Positions 1 through 10,971 of a DNA stretch of 64,000 nt are shown piece after piece. The notes beneath the pieces were generated by a model, which made no database searches, had not been told where the DNA came from, and worked only from the letters and a program-made list of their open reading frames with translations. The translations under genes were made by a program, and so were the position numbers. The stretch lies in assembly GCA_963719315.1 (NCBI GenBank), contig CAVRBU010000004.1, positions 128,001-192,000 on the forward strand. Reading direction: 5' to 3'. The first letter of the stretch is position 1, and every line of letters starts with the position of its first letter. This DNA comes from an uncultured Planctomycetota bacterium. GTDB lineage: Bacteria > Planctomycetota > Planctomycetia > Pirellulales > Lacipirellulaceae.

Positions 1-2
1 CA

Positions 3-758
3 ATCTGGGATCAAAACGGCCTTATCTTGCTGAAGCCAAAAGACTTCAGCACCGATGCCGAGGCGCAGCTCGACGTGTTGGTGGAAAAATACAAGGCGTT
101 TTTGGATAAAGATCTGCGTGAGGAAATCGCGACCGGCAAAGCGAAACTGCGGGACAAATTGTACCAGCGGCTCGGCTGGCAGCCACGATGCAAGCCGACC
201 GTCTTGCCGAGCGGCCGCATCCTATTGCCCCTTTACACGGATACGTTTTCGATATCGATCCTGGCTGTTAGCGACGATGGTGGAAAGACCTGGTATGCGA
301 GCAAGCCCATTCTTGGCTTCGGGGCGATTCAACCCACCGTATTGCGCCGAGACAGCGGTGAACTAGTGGCCTACATGCGCGAAAACGGAGTAACTCAGCG
401 AATTCGATCCAGCTCGTCAACGGACGATGGCCTAAGCTGGGGGCCGGTCATCGAAACCAGCCTGCCAAATCCGGGCTCGGGAATCGATGGGGTGCGTCTC
501 GCTAACGGCCATTGGCTCCTCGTCTACAACGATACCACGAAGGGCCGCAATAGTCTGGCAGTTTCGATCTCCGACGACGAAGGAAAGACTTGGAAATGGA
601 AGCGACATCTAGAAAAAGAGCATGAAGGGTCCTATCACTATCCGGCCGTTATCCAGGGCCGTGACGGCACCATCCATGCGGTCTACAGCTACTTCGTGGA
701 TGGTGGCAAGAGCATGAAACATGCCGCATTCAACGAGGCTTGGGTCCAAGCAGAGTAG
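3..758 (+). CDS. Sialidase/BNR-repeat family protein (5'-partial)
   Basis: Frame is open from the window edge. Three Asp-box motifs (SDDGGKTW, STDDGLSW, SDDEGKTW), LPNPGSG and C-terminal YHYPAVIQ are typical of BNR_2/GH33-like proteins. Confidence 0.85.
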   Translation: MWDQNGLILLKPKDFSTDAEAQLDVLVEKYKAFLDKDLREEIATGKAKLRDKLYQRLGWQPRCKPTVLPSGRILLPLYTDTFSISILAVSDDGGKTWYASKPILGFGAIQPTVLRRDSGELVAYMRENGVTQRIRSSSSTDDGLSWGPVIETSLPNPGSGIDGVRLANGHWLLVYNDTTKGRNSLAVSISDDEGKTWKWKRHLEKEHEGSYHYPAVIQGRDGTIHAVYSYFVDGGKSMKHAAFNEAWVQAE

Positions 759-1245
759 CACTTTCATGTGCGGGACCCGTATGTAACCGCTTTCTACACT
801 TCCAGAGCGAGCAAACCGAATAATTGGCTTGAGTGGTCAGTCGTCCAGCTCACCGCCCTCGACAATGCGACCGAAAGCCAGGTCGTCATCGGCCATGCAA
901 ACCTCGGGTGTCAGGTAACCGGGCTTCGTGCCACTCGTATGATCTTGCGGCAAAAGGATTCGTCGTTCGTGCCTTTTTCCAGGCATGGAAGCAAGCCGTG
1001 AAACCGGACCGTCGGCTTTGGTCGCGTCGCGCCATCGCCCGACTCGCACTTTGTCCGGAATATTTGCGCCAGGCTATGCTTTGAGTCGCGATGCTCGGTT
1101 CTGAAAAAAGACAAGTTGCTGCTTCGCGACGAGAATTGTCAAATCTTGAAAAGCTCATGTTGAAGTCCGGACAAAACTGATGCCGAAATAGTTGCATTTA
1201 TACGTCAGAGAAAGTAATGTCAGGCTAAGACTACTTTAATTGTCG

Positions 1246-3498
1246 ATGTCACAAAACGCCCATTACATGAACTCCAGAATCGGTGAACAGCCATCGGTGC
1301 GGATCAGACCCGCGGTACACCTCGTGCGCTCGGCGGTAGTGCTTTGTCTATTTTTTGGGGCAGCCGATGGGCGAAGTGGTGCAGCAGAGAGCACCTCACG
1401 TCCTCCTTTTCCTACGGGAAATCATCTTCAACTCGTTCGCACATTTTATACGGCATCCGACGGCTTGCCCGGGAATCATGTCCGAGCAGTGACCGTCACG
1501 CGAAACGGTACGGTACTCGTGGCGGCGGAAAATGGCGTATCGCACCTGGATGGAACACGTTGGGTCGCGGAGGCCGGCCCTGCGGGAGTCACCGCGCTGT
1601 TTGCGCCAACCCAGGGACCGGACGCCCTGGCGGGAGCCGCGAACGGACTGTGGGAGTTTGCGAGTAACGGTTGGAAGCAAGAAACTGGCGGTCCGCAAGG
1701 AGTGATCGCGTTCGCTGCAGAGCCGGACGGAACCCCTTGGGCATTGGCGACCAACGGCGTGTGGCGAAAGGCGGAGCGCTGGGATCGGGTCAACACAATC
1801 GAAGATGATCTAATGTTTGGCCCGCGGGATCTTCTGCCGATTGGGCCTGAAAACGTGCTGATCGCATCGAAAACGGGGCTGTATGCATTAACGGGCAAAC
1901 GCAAGTATTGGCTGCCGTTCGAGATTCGTCCGGGCGGATTGCTGAGCGCCGATACGCGGGCGGTGAAGCGGTTTGACCGAGACCATTTTCTCGTTGCGAC
2001 CGACAAGGGTCTCAACCTTTCCAACGGAACGCGCGGGTGGCATGCATTCACCGGCGCCGAGGGTCTCCCAATCCTGGAGCTCACAGGCGTGGTTGTCGCG
2101 GCCGACGGCACCGTATGGCTCGGATCTCAGGCGGGATTGATCCGTTGGACGGGAACTGGCTGGACCTATTTGGCAGGTAAACGCTGGCTGCCCGACGACC
2201 GCGTGACCGCGCTGGCGCCTACGAAGGACGGGGCAATCTGGGTGGGGACCCAAGAGGGACTTGCGCACCTGTATTACCGCAAGCTAACCTTGGAAGAGAA
2301 AGCGGCGTTCTACCAGAAAGAGTTTGAAAGCCGGAACCGACGTTACGGATATGTAGCCGAGATGCATCTGGCCAAGCCAGGCATTTTGGACGGGGCTCAG
2401 CAGGAAATCAGCGACAACGACGGACTTCGCACAGCGCTCTACATCGCGACGCAGTCGTATCGCTACGCGGCAACCAAAGCGCCGGAGGCCAAGGCCCAGG
2501 CTTGGCGATCGATGCAAGCGCTGCTCAGGCTGGAAACCATCACGGGTAAATCTGGCTTTCCCGCCCGGGCGATCTGCCGCGTCAATGAGCCGCAGTTTGA
2601 GCAGCGATCGCTGCGATCGAACTCTGAATGGCACGAATCGCCTGTCGAGAAGGGCTGGTATTGGAAGGGAGAGACCTCTTCCGACGAGCTCGATGGGCAT
2701 TACCTCGGCTGGTACGTCTTCTACGAACTTGCTGCCAACGATCAGGAGAAGCTCGCCGTGCGTGCTGTCGTGAAGCGCGTAACCGATCATATCCTCGATC
2801 ACGGCTACACCTTGGTAGACATCGACGGCAAGCCGACCACATGGGGCTACTGGTCGCCGGAAAAGTTAAATGATGATCCTGTTTGGTGGTCGGAGCGGGG
2901 CCTGGGCTCGTTGGAAATGCTGTCTCATCTGAAGGTGGCGTACCACATCGTCGCTGATCCACGGTACGAGAGTGCCTATCGCGAGCTGATTGGGAAGCAT
3001 CACTATGCGATCAACACATTTCACGCGAAAGTTCCGGGAGGCGTGAGCCACGACGACCAACTTCTCTTCTTGTCGTATTATCCGCTGCTACAGCTTGAAA
3101 AGGAGCCCGGCTTACGCACTATTTTCACATCCAGCCTGAGGCGCACTTGGGAGGCCGAGCGGATGGAAGAGAATCCCCTTTGGAATTTCATCTATGGCGC
3201 GTCGACTGGCGAGCCGTGCGATGTTGAGAACGCCGTGGAGTCGCTCCGCGAAATCCCGCTCGATTTCATCCTATGGAGGACACACAATTCGCACCGGGCC
3301 GACCTTAAATTCGATCCGGAGCTAAAACGGCAAGGGGTTAAACAATTGGCCGCTCCACTGCCGTGGACGGAACGGGCTATTCATAAGTGGGATCACAGCC
3401 CCTACGAACTCGATGCCGGCAGTGACCTGGGGGAAGGCGATCCGACTATCTGGTTATTGCCATACTGGATGGGGCGCTATCATCAATTAATTCGGTAG
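1246..3498 (+). CDS. Exported protein of unknown function: N-terminal sensor-type beta-propeller + C-terminal helical (six-hairpin-like) domain; paralog 1 of 3
   Basis: Signal-like N-terminus; Reg_prop-like repeats (DGLPGNHV, EGLP, WLPDDRV, GTVWLGS); C-terminal motifs SDNDG, WKGETSSDE, DIDGKPTTW, WLLPYWM are shared with 33483 and 37386. Start uncertain (1240/1246/1267). Confidence 0.8.
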   Translation: MSQNAHYMNSRIGEQPSVRIRPAVHLVRSAVVLCLFFGAADGRSGAAESTSRPPFPTGNHLQLVRTFYTASDGLPGNHVRAVTVTRNGTVLVAAENGVSHLDGTRWVAEAGPAGVTALFAPTQGPDALAGAANGLWEFASNGWKQETGGPQGVIAFAAEPDGTPWALATNGVWRKAERWDRVNTIEDDLMFGPRDLLPIGPENVLIASKTGLYALTGKRKYWLPFEIRPGGLLSADTRAVKRFDRDHFLVATDKGLNLSNGTRGWHAFTGAEGLPILELTGVVVAADGTVWLGSQAGLIRWTGTGWTYLAGKRWLPDDRVTALAPTKDGAIWVGTQEGLAHLYYRKLTLEEKAAFYQKEFESRNRRYGYVAEMHLAKPGILDGAQQEISDNDGLRTALYIATQSYRYAATKAPEAKAQAWRSMQALLRLETITGKSGFPARAICRVNEPQFEQRSLRSNSEWHESPVEKGWYWKGETSSDELDGHYLGWYVFYELAANDQEKLAVRAVVKRVTDHILDHGYTLVDIDGKPTTWGYWSPEKLNDDPVWWSERGLGSLEMLSHLKVAYHIVADPRYESAYRELIGKHHYAINTFHAKVPGGVSHDDQLLFLSYYPLLQLEKEPGLRTIFTSSLRRTWEAERMEENPLWNFIYGASTGEPCDVENAVESLREIPLDFILWRTHNSHRADLKFDPELKRQGVKQLAAPLPWTERAIHKWDHSPYELDAGSDLGEGDPTIWLLPYWMGRYHQLIR

Positions 3499-3504
3499 GC
3501 TTCT

Positions 3505-5256
3505 CTAGTTCGGGCTTTGACGCCAATCCAAACGGTTGATTCGCTGCAGCTCGGCGTCGATCTCGGTCCCTTCGTAGAACGACAGCCAACCGTGGAGGCG
3601 CTGGGTTTCGCCGGGGGCACAGTCATCGAACTGCGGGTCCGAATGCATGCAGGGACAAGGGGCATTTCCCCAAACTCGTTTGCAGTTTTCCCAGGCGGTG
3701 ATAACCCACCGATCGCCAGCCGAATTGCGACAAGCCACGAACGGATCGCGGAATAACTTGTTGACATTACTCATCGAATTGAACTCGGGAGCGCCCTTGA
3801 GCATCACGCAGTTTTGCACGACCAGGCCGCGAAGTGTCTCGTCGGTTCTATTCGTGAGCCAGAGCCTCATTCGAACGGCGTCCCGAGTTGGAACAACGCT
3901 CGCACCGAAGGATACATTATCTGGCAGCGTCCGTTCGACTCGCAATGAACCATTCCTGTGGTCCCATTCCAGCGGCTTCAGCGAGATTCCTTGCTTGGTC
4001 CATTTCGTTGTGACATGGGTGTGCGCCAGATATAGCAATTCCCGCGTTTCGCCTTGTTTCACCCAAATTGCCTCCGGCAAATCGACCGCGACGTACCGAC
4101 GTTGGTCCCACGGCAAGAAAACGCTGAATTTCGTTTCCCGCTGAGGCCGAATCGCTCCATCGAGAAATCCGATGCGCGGATGCCGGCCGCCGGGATACGG
4201 CAGAACTTTAAGCGCCGACAACGGGTCGGCTTGCTGCGAGTCAGAGTGTTTCTGAATTGAGAGACGCTGGACTGCCGCAGCGACTTCCTCCGTCGACATT
4301 CCGGTTGCCGCGCTGGCCTCAAACTCGGTAAAGCCATGATCCGCGATCATGTTCTGTAACCAGAATTTCATTTCGTCCTCCGATCGCGGCCGACGAAAGT
4401 TTTCCCGCGACGCTTTCTGCAACAATGACTGCTTGCGATCATCGATGATTGTCTGTGGATTCGAAGGTGTCACGTCCGCGTCGACGTACCTGGCCAGATC
4501 GCGCATCGCAATCACGGTGTAATTGTTCTTGGCCAGATAATTCATATACGCCTCAAAGTTTTGCGTCGACGAGCTGACCCATGCATGTGCCTCGTCCGGT
4601 ATTCCATGGAACTGCAGCACGGCGATGCGACCGAAACGAGCCTGCTCAACGGCTGTCACGAAGTTGTCCAGCGTCCAATCGGGACGCGCATCGCCCGCAG
4701 ATGGTATCAAAAGAGGATCATCAAAACCGGGCTCGTAGGCGAAACCATGTCCTTGGCGATAGTCGTACTCTGGCGAACCGCCGCGCCGTGCAAAACGGAT
4801 TCCAGCCTTCTTGAGGATCGCTAGGGCATCAGGCAGGATCGAGTTGCCCGGATAGGCGAAACTGGTAGTGCGGGGGATTTCATGTTCCGCGCATCGCCGA
4901 TTGATCGCCTCGACCTGCTCTTCGAGATCGGCGACATTCGCCTTGGTGATACTGGCGTGATTTCCCGTGTGGTTGCCGATCTCAAACCCGTCGCGGTGCA
5001 GATCGGCAATTTGTTCCCACGTCATGTAGTCCGTCTTGTTTGTGGGAAAGTCGAAACCTTCGGTGATAAAAAATGTAGCGCCGAACCCATAGCGTTTGAG
5101 AATTGGCCGAACCGTTGTGTAGTGCGACTTGGCTGAATCGTCAAAAGTCAGCACGACTAACTTGTCGGGAATTGGTTCAAGGCCCTGCGCGGCAGAGGCC
5201 AGGATGCCCAATGACAAGATGTACGACAGGCAGTAGGCCGTTGCATGGTGTGTCAT
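3505..5256 (-). CDS. Polysaccharide deacetylase (NodB/CE4) with uncharacterised C-terminal domain
   Basis: Signal peptide; LTFDD, GNHTGNH, FAYP and LQFHG motifs; about 300 aa C-terminal extension. Confidence 0.85.
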   Translation of the reverse strand: MTHHATAYCLSYILSLGILASAAQGLEPIPDKLVVLTFDDSAKSHYTTVRPILKRYGFGATFFITEGFDFPTNKTDYMTWEQIADLHRDGFEIGNHTGNHASITKANVADLEEQVEAINRRCAEHEIPRTTSFAYPGNSILPDALAILKKAGIRFARRGGSPEYDYRQGHGFAYEPGFDDPLLIPSAGDARPDWTLDNFVTAVEQARFGRIAVLQFHGIPDEAHAWVSSSTQNFEAYMNYLAKNNYTVIAMRDLARYVDADVTPSNPQTIIDDRKQSLLQKASRENFRRPRSEDEMKFWLQNMIADHGFTEFEASAATGMSTEEVAAAVQRLSIQKHSDSQQADPLSALKVLPYPGGRHPRIGFLDGAIRPQRETKFSVFLPWDQRRYVAVDLPEAIWVKQGETRELLYLAHTHVTTKWTKQGISLKPLEWDHRNGSLRVERTLPDNVSFGASVVPTRDAVRMRLWLTNRTDETLRGLVVQNCVMLKGAPEFNSMSNVNKLFRDPFVACRNSAGDRWVITAWENCKRVWGNAPCPCMHSDPQFDDCAPGETQRLHGWLSFYEGTEIDAELQRINRLDWRQSPN

Positions 5257-5297
5257 GGTATTTCCTGCATTTCAACGGAAGCCAGACAAGGGGCCAA

Positions 5298-6284
5298 CTA
5301 TTCCTTCAGACGTTCGTCGACGAACGCGAACGCTTTTGCATATGCCTCTTCGACCAGCTTAGTATCGCCGCCCGATAAGCCATGCTCGCCATTGGGAATA
5401 CTGATGAATTCGTGGGGCACATTGCGCTGCTTGAACTGTTCCGCCATTAAAACCGATTGTTCGTACGGCACATCCGTATCGCTTGTTCCATGAATCAGGA
5501 CGGTCGGCGGATATTCGGCCGTCACATTTTTTACGGGCATGAACGGCCGAAATCGTTCGGCCTCCTTAACCGGGTCCCAACCGGAAACCGCCTTCGGCCA
5601 GGTTCCGGTCTGACGGCAATACTCATAGAACAAGCCGCCATTGCCTTTGCGGTCGCGGGAATCGGAGATCGCTGGCCCGCTGACCTGCTGATACGCCTCC
5701 TCGCGCGTCACCTTTCTCTTGTTGTGCCGTGGGTGCGGGCTGGGTGTGCTGTACCAATCGCCAATCAAATCACCATAACCATAAAGCGACATTAGCGCAA
5801 CCGGACGCGGCCTTACACGAAAACCGGAAGTCAGCGTCAGGTAGCCGCCAGCCGAACCTCCAGCGACCGCCAATCGGGCTGGATCGACCTTGAATAGTCG
5901 AGGGCCGTCGCGCCGAATCCACTCGAAGGCGTCCTCCAGGTCTTGAATGATCTCGGGAAGCCGTGTCTCAGGCGCAAGGCGATAGTCGATCGAAATCAAG
6001 ACATATCTCGCGTCGAGCGCGTGCTTTTTCACTCGGCCATCGATACCCGCCCTGTTCCCCACGATCAATGCGCCGCCGTGAATCCACACGACGGCCGGTC
6101 TTGTCAGCTCATTCTGGGGGCGATAGACGTCGGCTTTAATCGCCAGGTCGCCGACGGTTTTATAGGTGTATGATTCCGGCTGCGTTTCAAGCGATTGTCC
6201 CCGAGCACCGTGATGGAACAAGAGACTAGTTCCGACGGCGGTCCCGCACTTCAACAAGCCACGCCGTGTCATCGAAATTGGCAT
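5298..6284 (-). CDS. Tat-exported alpha/beta hydrolase (esterase, BD-FAE-like)
   Basis: TRRGLL Tat motif; HGGA, DYRLAPE, GGSAGG, HGTSDTDVP, HG. Confidence 0.9.
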   Translation of the reverse strand: MPISMTRRGLLKCGTAVGTSLLFHHGARGQSLETQPESYTYKTVGDLAIKADVYRPQNELTRPAVVWIHGGALIVGNRAGIDGRVKKHALDARYVLISIDYRLAPETRLPEIIQDLEDAFEWIRRDGPRLFKVDPARLAVAGGSAGGYLTLTSGFRVRPRPVALMSLYGYGDLIGDWYSTPSPHPRHNKRKVTREEAYQQVSGPAISDSRDRKGNGGLFYEYCRQTGTWPKAVSGWDPVKEAERFRPFMPVKNVTAEYPPTVLIHGTSDTDVPYEQSVLMAEQFKQRNVPHEFISIPNGEHGLSGGDTKLVEEAYAKAFAFVDERLKE

Positions 6285-6319
6285 GATCCACCCTCCGTTA
6301 TGCCGTTGGGGAGCGACCG

Positions 6320-6329
6320 TAGTATACTA
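6320..6329. promoter_or_regulatory. Palindrome TAGTATACTA, giving a -10-like TATACT on both strands between divergent genes
   Basis: Perfect 10-bp palindrome in the 6285-6397 divergent intergenic region. Confidence 0.35.
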
Positions 6330-6397
6330 TGCCGGACTTTGACGAGAGCCCCTCCGTTCGCTAGTCTCGTAATTATTATCCGTCAGAGGGTTTCCCA

Positions 6398-6763
6398 ATG
6401 ATCGAATCACGAAAGATCTTCGTTCGCCATGAGGGTCATACGCCTCGCGAACGAAGTGAGTGTGGCTGGCGAGATCGATTGATCAGTCGAGAAGACGCGG
6501 CGCTGGAACCCACTGCTTGGGCACACGCCGTCGACATAGACGGGGCAAAGCCGCACTTTCACAAGATAGCGACAGAACTTTATTACGTCTTGGATGGTCA
6601 CGGATCGGTAATTCTGGACGGTGCCCAGCACGAAGTCCGGAAAGGTTCGTTAGTCCACATCCCACCTGGCGTCGTGCACAGCGCTGTCGGCAAGATGCGT
6701 GTCCTCGTGATAGGGATTCCGGACATCTGCGACGCCGACTATTTCGAAATCGCGGGCGAATAA
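6398..6763 (+). CDS. Cupin domain protein
   Basis: PHFHKIATELYYVLDG and HIPPGVVH cupin motifs. Confidence 0.9.
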   Translation: MIESRKIFVRHEGHTPRERSECGWRDRLISREDAALEPTAWAHAVDIDGAKPHFHKIATELYYVLDGHGSVILDGAQHEVRKGSLVHIPPGVVHSAVGKMRVLVIGIPDICDADYFEIAGE

Positions 6764-6898
6764 TTCAAGACTGAACTGCTCTGGAGCGCTTTGAAGATGC
6801 GAATGTGCCGCCGATCTAGCACGGTTCCCAAATTGTAGCGGCGATGTAGCGATCGCCGAGCGGCGTCTCGAAAAGTAATAGAGTTCCAGGGATACGGC

Positions 6899-7966
6899 AT
6901 GCAAAATCGATTTGCTTTGACGATGAGCGTCGCGATCGCTCTCTGTTGCGCGGGGCAAAGCGCATACGGAGCCGACATTGTCTTTCCCGCTGCAACCTGG
7001 GACACCAAGAAACCGCACGATCTCGGGTTGGACGAAGCACGCCTGGACGCCGTGGCGTCGGCGCTTGGTAGCCGAGGCTGCATCATCAAAAACGGTTTCG
7101 TTGTCAAGGCTTGGGGCCCGCAGGGCAAAAAAGGAGATTGGGCTTCGTCGGCCAAGCCGGTGCTATCCACGCTGCTGATGTTTGCCCTGCGCGAAGGCAA
7201 GATTAAAAGCTTCGATCAGCCGGTCGTCGACTTTGAATGGGAATTGTTGCCCAAAGATCGCACGATGACATTGCGACAACTGGCCAGCATGACCAGCGGC
7301 TATGCCCGGCCTGAGAAGCCCGGGCAGGCCTGGGCGTATAACGATTACGCCATCCAGCTTTATCAGAAGACGTTATTCGACAGAATCTTTCAGGACACGC
7401 CTGAAGCGGTTTTTAACGACCCGCATAGGTTTGGCGCGTTTCAATTCGAAGATGGTTTTTCGTTTCGACAGTCCAACCGCAGAATGTCGGCCTCGGTACG
7501 CGATTTTGCCCGCGTCGCTTGGTTTTGGCTCAATCGCGGCAACTGGAACGGAAGGCAACTTTTGCCGCGCGCGTATTTTGACGAGAACATGCGACCACAG
7601 GTGCCCAAGGACTTGCCGCTCAGCAGCGACGCCAAAACAAACGATTACCTGCAAATTGGGACTTACGGTGGCGAATCGAATCACTTCACGAAGGCCGGGC
7701 CCGGAATCTACGGATTCAATTGGTGGTATAACGGAACCGGCGGCAAGCACCCGAATGCGCTGACGTGGCCCGATGCGCCGGCGGACACCGTCATGTCGCT
7801 GGGCCGCGGGGGGAATTGCTCGGCGCTCATGCCGGGTCTGAACTTGGTGGTGGTTGCCGCGAACGCCGACTGGGGCGAACTCGAGCCGGGTCGCAGCGAC
7901 TCGACGCAGAACCAGCGACTTAAACTCATCACAGCCGCGGGAACGCCTGTCGATGCTGAAAAATAG
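6899..7966 (+). CDS. Exported beta-lactamase-family serine hydrolase
   Basis: Signal peptide; SxxK (SSAK), TLRQLASMTSG, PGQAWAYND, SVRDFAR. Confidence 0.85.
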   Translation: MQNRFALTMSVAIALCCAGQSAYGADIVFPAATWDTKKPHDLGLDEARLDAVASALGSRGCIIKNGFVVKAWGPQGKKGDWASSAKPVLSTLLMFALREGKIKSFDQPVVDFEWELLPKDRTMTLRQLASMTSGYARPEKPGQAWAYNDYAIQLYQKTLFDRIFQDTPEAVFNDPHRFGAFQFEDGFSFRQSNRRMSASVRDFARVAWFWLNRGNWNGRQLLPRAYFDENMRPQVPKDLPLSSDAKTNDYLQIGTYGGESNHFTKAGPGIYGFNWWYNGTGGKHPNALTWPDAPADTVMSLGRGGNCSALMPGLNLVVVAANADWGELEPGRSDSTQNQRLKLITAAGTPVDAEK

Positions 7967-8029
7967 CGCGTTACGTGGAGACCTGCGGGGCGTTTGTGGC
8001 ACCGGCTACAACAGAAATTGGATTCTAAA

Positions 8030-10943
8030 ATGATGATCGAGGTTTGGCTTGCCGCCGTATTGTCTGCGATGAGCGTAGTCACGCCGGCTGCCACGATCGA
8101 GGGTGAGTCAACAGTATGGCATCCGATTACGATAACGTTCCGCGGCCCAGAGGCGGACGCAGCCGATCAAGCCAGCAACCCGTTTTTGGACGCCCGCTTG
8201 CAAGTTAGCTTCAAGGGGCCGGCAAACAGGCTTGTCGTCGTGCCGGGCTTCTTTGACGGCGATGGGCAGGGGGGATCGAAGGGGCAAGCGTGGCGCGTGC
8301 GGTTCACGCCCGATGCACCGGGACTGTGGCGCTTTGACGCATCGTTTCGGCAGGGTCGCAACGTCGCAATTGATTTGAAACCCGATGCGGGCAAGCCACT
8401 CGAGATATCGGGATTGTCGGGTACATTCGTCGTGGCGCCGCGCGATCCTGAAGCGCCGGGATTCTTGAAATGGGGACGATTGAACTACGTAGGCGGGCAT
8501 TACTTGAAGTTCCAAGATGGTCCCTATTGGCTTCGCGGCGGCACGGATGAACCCGAGGATTTCCTCGCGTATGCCGGATTTGACCAGACGCCGCCCAAGC
8601 ATCGCTTTGCGGCCCACGAATCCGATTGGCGAGACGGCGATCCCGATTGGGGCAATGGCCGAGGACGCGCGATCATCGGGGCGTTAAACTATCTGGCCAG
8701 CCAGCACGTCAACAGCATCTATTTCCTCACGATGAACGTCGGCGGCGACGGCAAGGATGTCTGGCCGTGGATTGGGCCGATCGATCCCAAGGGCAGTGGA
8801 GCGAACGACAACCTGCATTTCGACTTGGGTAAGCTGCGACAGTGGGAGGTCGTATTTGACCACGCCCAGAGGCTGGGAATCTTTTTGCATTTTGTGTTTA
8901 ACGAGGCCGAAGCGGCAAACAAGCGTGAATTGGATAATGGAGAGCTGGGAATCGAGCGCAAACTCTATTACCGCGAAATGATTGCCCGCTTCGGTCATCA
9001 TTTAGCGCTGGAGTGGAACTTGTGCGAGGAATACAACCTCGACTTCAACTTCGGCGCCGATCGCATTCGAGAGTTTGCGGACTACGTGCGTGCGGTCGAT
9101 TCCTACAATCATCCGATTGCCGTGCACAGCGCCGGAGATCCGCTTAAGCAACTGAGTTTCACGTTCGGCGATCCGAGGTTCAGCTTTACATCGATCCAAC
9201 TGAACCAGCGGCCGATCCACGAGGTGGCTCAAGCGATGCGCGCCGCCACACGCCACTCCGGCCGTCCGCTACCCATCAGTCTCGACGAATTTACGCTCGA
9301 TCGCGGCCAGCGTGCATCGCACATACCCGTCGACGACGCCGCAGGCCATCGCCGCGAGAAGATTTGGCCGGCCTATTTTTCAGGCGGCATGGTTGAATTC
9401 ATTCTGGAAGACCTGCTGCGTACCGACAGCTTTAAAACGCCGGAGCGAGAGAAGCTGTGGCGCTATTTGTGGTACGCCCGCCGATTCATGGAAGAGAACC
9501 TGCCATTTTGGGAAATGGCGCTGGGCGATGCGTTGTCATCCGGGGGTGCCACGATCACCGTGGGAATCGGCGGCGGGCGTACGGTTCCGCTGGGGCCACA
9601 GGTACTTGCGAAGCCCGGCGAAGTGTACGCGGTCTATTTGCCCACCTGTACTGCAACCGGCACTCTGGACTTAACTGAGCTGCATGGTACGGCCGAACGG
9701 CGTTGGTTCAATCCGCGCTCCGGAATCTTCGTCGGTGCTCCGGCCGAAATCGTGGGTGGCGGGCAATGTCAACTTGGCCCTCCGCCTGCTGATCCGGCTG
9801 AGGATTGGGTTGTGCTGATCCGACGCATCGGCAAGCCAAATCGGCCGGCAATCGATACCGCGCTTTTTCGCGACAGCGCTCACCACTGGCGGTATTTTCG
9901 CGACGCTAGCCGCGTGATACAGGCCCTTCCGGACCAGGCAGCGTACTCGCCCGCGCAGGTCGATGAGATTGTCGGCAACATCCTACTGTTTCAACGCGAG
10001 AATGGAGGCTGGCCGAAGGACTACGATTATCTGGCGGTTCTGACCCCCGAACAAATTGGAGCTGTGCGTGCGACGCGCGGCCGAGCGGACACATCGTTTG
10101 ACAATCACAACATTCATTCTCAGGTAGACTATCTGGCGCGGGCCTATGCAACGTCTGGCGTCGAAAGCTGGCGCGACGCTTGTCAGCGCGGCTTCGATTT
10201 TATGTTGACTGCACAACTCGACAACGGCGGTTTCCCGCAGAGGTACCCGAATCCTACAGGCTATGCGGCTCACATTACGTTCAACGACGGTGTAATGATT
10301 GGCATACTGAACGTATTGAAAGACGCCGCCGACGGTTTGCCGCATTGGGAATGGTTGGACGCGGATCGCCGGCGGCGAGCGCAGCAAGCTGTGGATCGGG
10401 GAGTCGAGTGTATCCTCAAGTGTCAAATTCACTCCGGCGACGAACCCACCGGTTGGTGTCAGCAGCACGATGAAAAAACTTACGAGGCCGCAAGCGCAGC
10501 GAACTTTCGAGTTGGCCTCCTGCTGTCCTCAAGATACTACGGAGATCGTTCGCTTCCTCATGCGCATCGAAAACCCTGACGACCGTATCTCAAAGGTGAT
10601 CGACGACGCAGTCGCGTGGCTTGGCAAGACAGAAATAACTGGAATCCGTGTCCAACGCGTGGCGGCACCCACGGAAACGTTCGAGCGCTATACGGCGGAC
10701 TTCGACGTGGTTGTCGTACCGGATGACAGCGCGCCGCCGATTTGGGCCAGGCACTACGAGATCGGCACCAACCGGCCCGTGTTCGCCGGCCGAGATGGGA
10801 TTAAGCGATACTCGCTTGCTGAAATAGAGCGGGAACGCCGAGCAGGCACGCCCTGGTATGGAAATTGGCCGCGCCCGCTGCTCGCATCGGAATACGACGA
10901 GTGGCGTGAAAAACGGCGAAAAGCGTCAACCGGTTCCAAGTGA
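8030..10943 (+). CDS. DUF5060 / glycoside-hydrolase-like barrel / C-terminal beta domain fused to a PL10 (PelA-type) pectate lyase; frameshift near 10480-10499
   Basis: NPFLD...GFFDGDG...WRVRFTPD (DUF5060); WNLCEE; WFNPRSG...DWVVL; PL10 motifs NGGWPKD, SFDN, GGFPQ, HITFND, WCQQHDE. Continues in another frame as RTFELAS...WARHYEIGTNRPVF..RDG..ERR.G..WYG (ORF 10470-10943). Confidence 0.8.
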
Positions 10944-10971
10944 GCCCAGATCCACTTCTTGGAGCACCAAA

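Noticed and set aside
1050..1175. 10-bp inverted repeat TTTGTCCGGA / TCCGGACAAA about 106 bp apart
   Set aside because: Short, no target duplication and no second copy seen; not enough for a MITE or operator call.
760..1240. Riboswitch or ncRNA in the long intergenic region
   Set aside because: Only short stems; no consensus I recognise. An Rfam search would be needed.
10470..10500. Programmed frameshift at the A6 run in the pectate lyase
   Set aside because: A +1 shift is needed, the run is not phased as a -1 slippery heptamer, and many similar indels elsewhere favour sequencing error.
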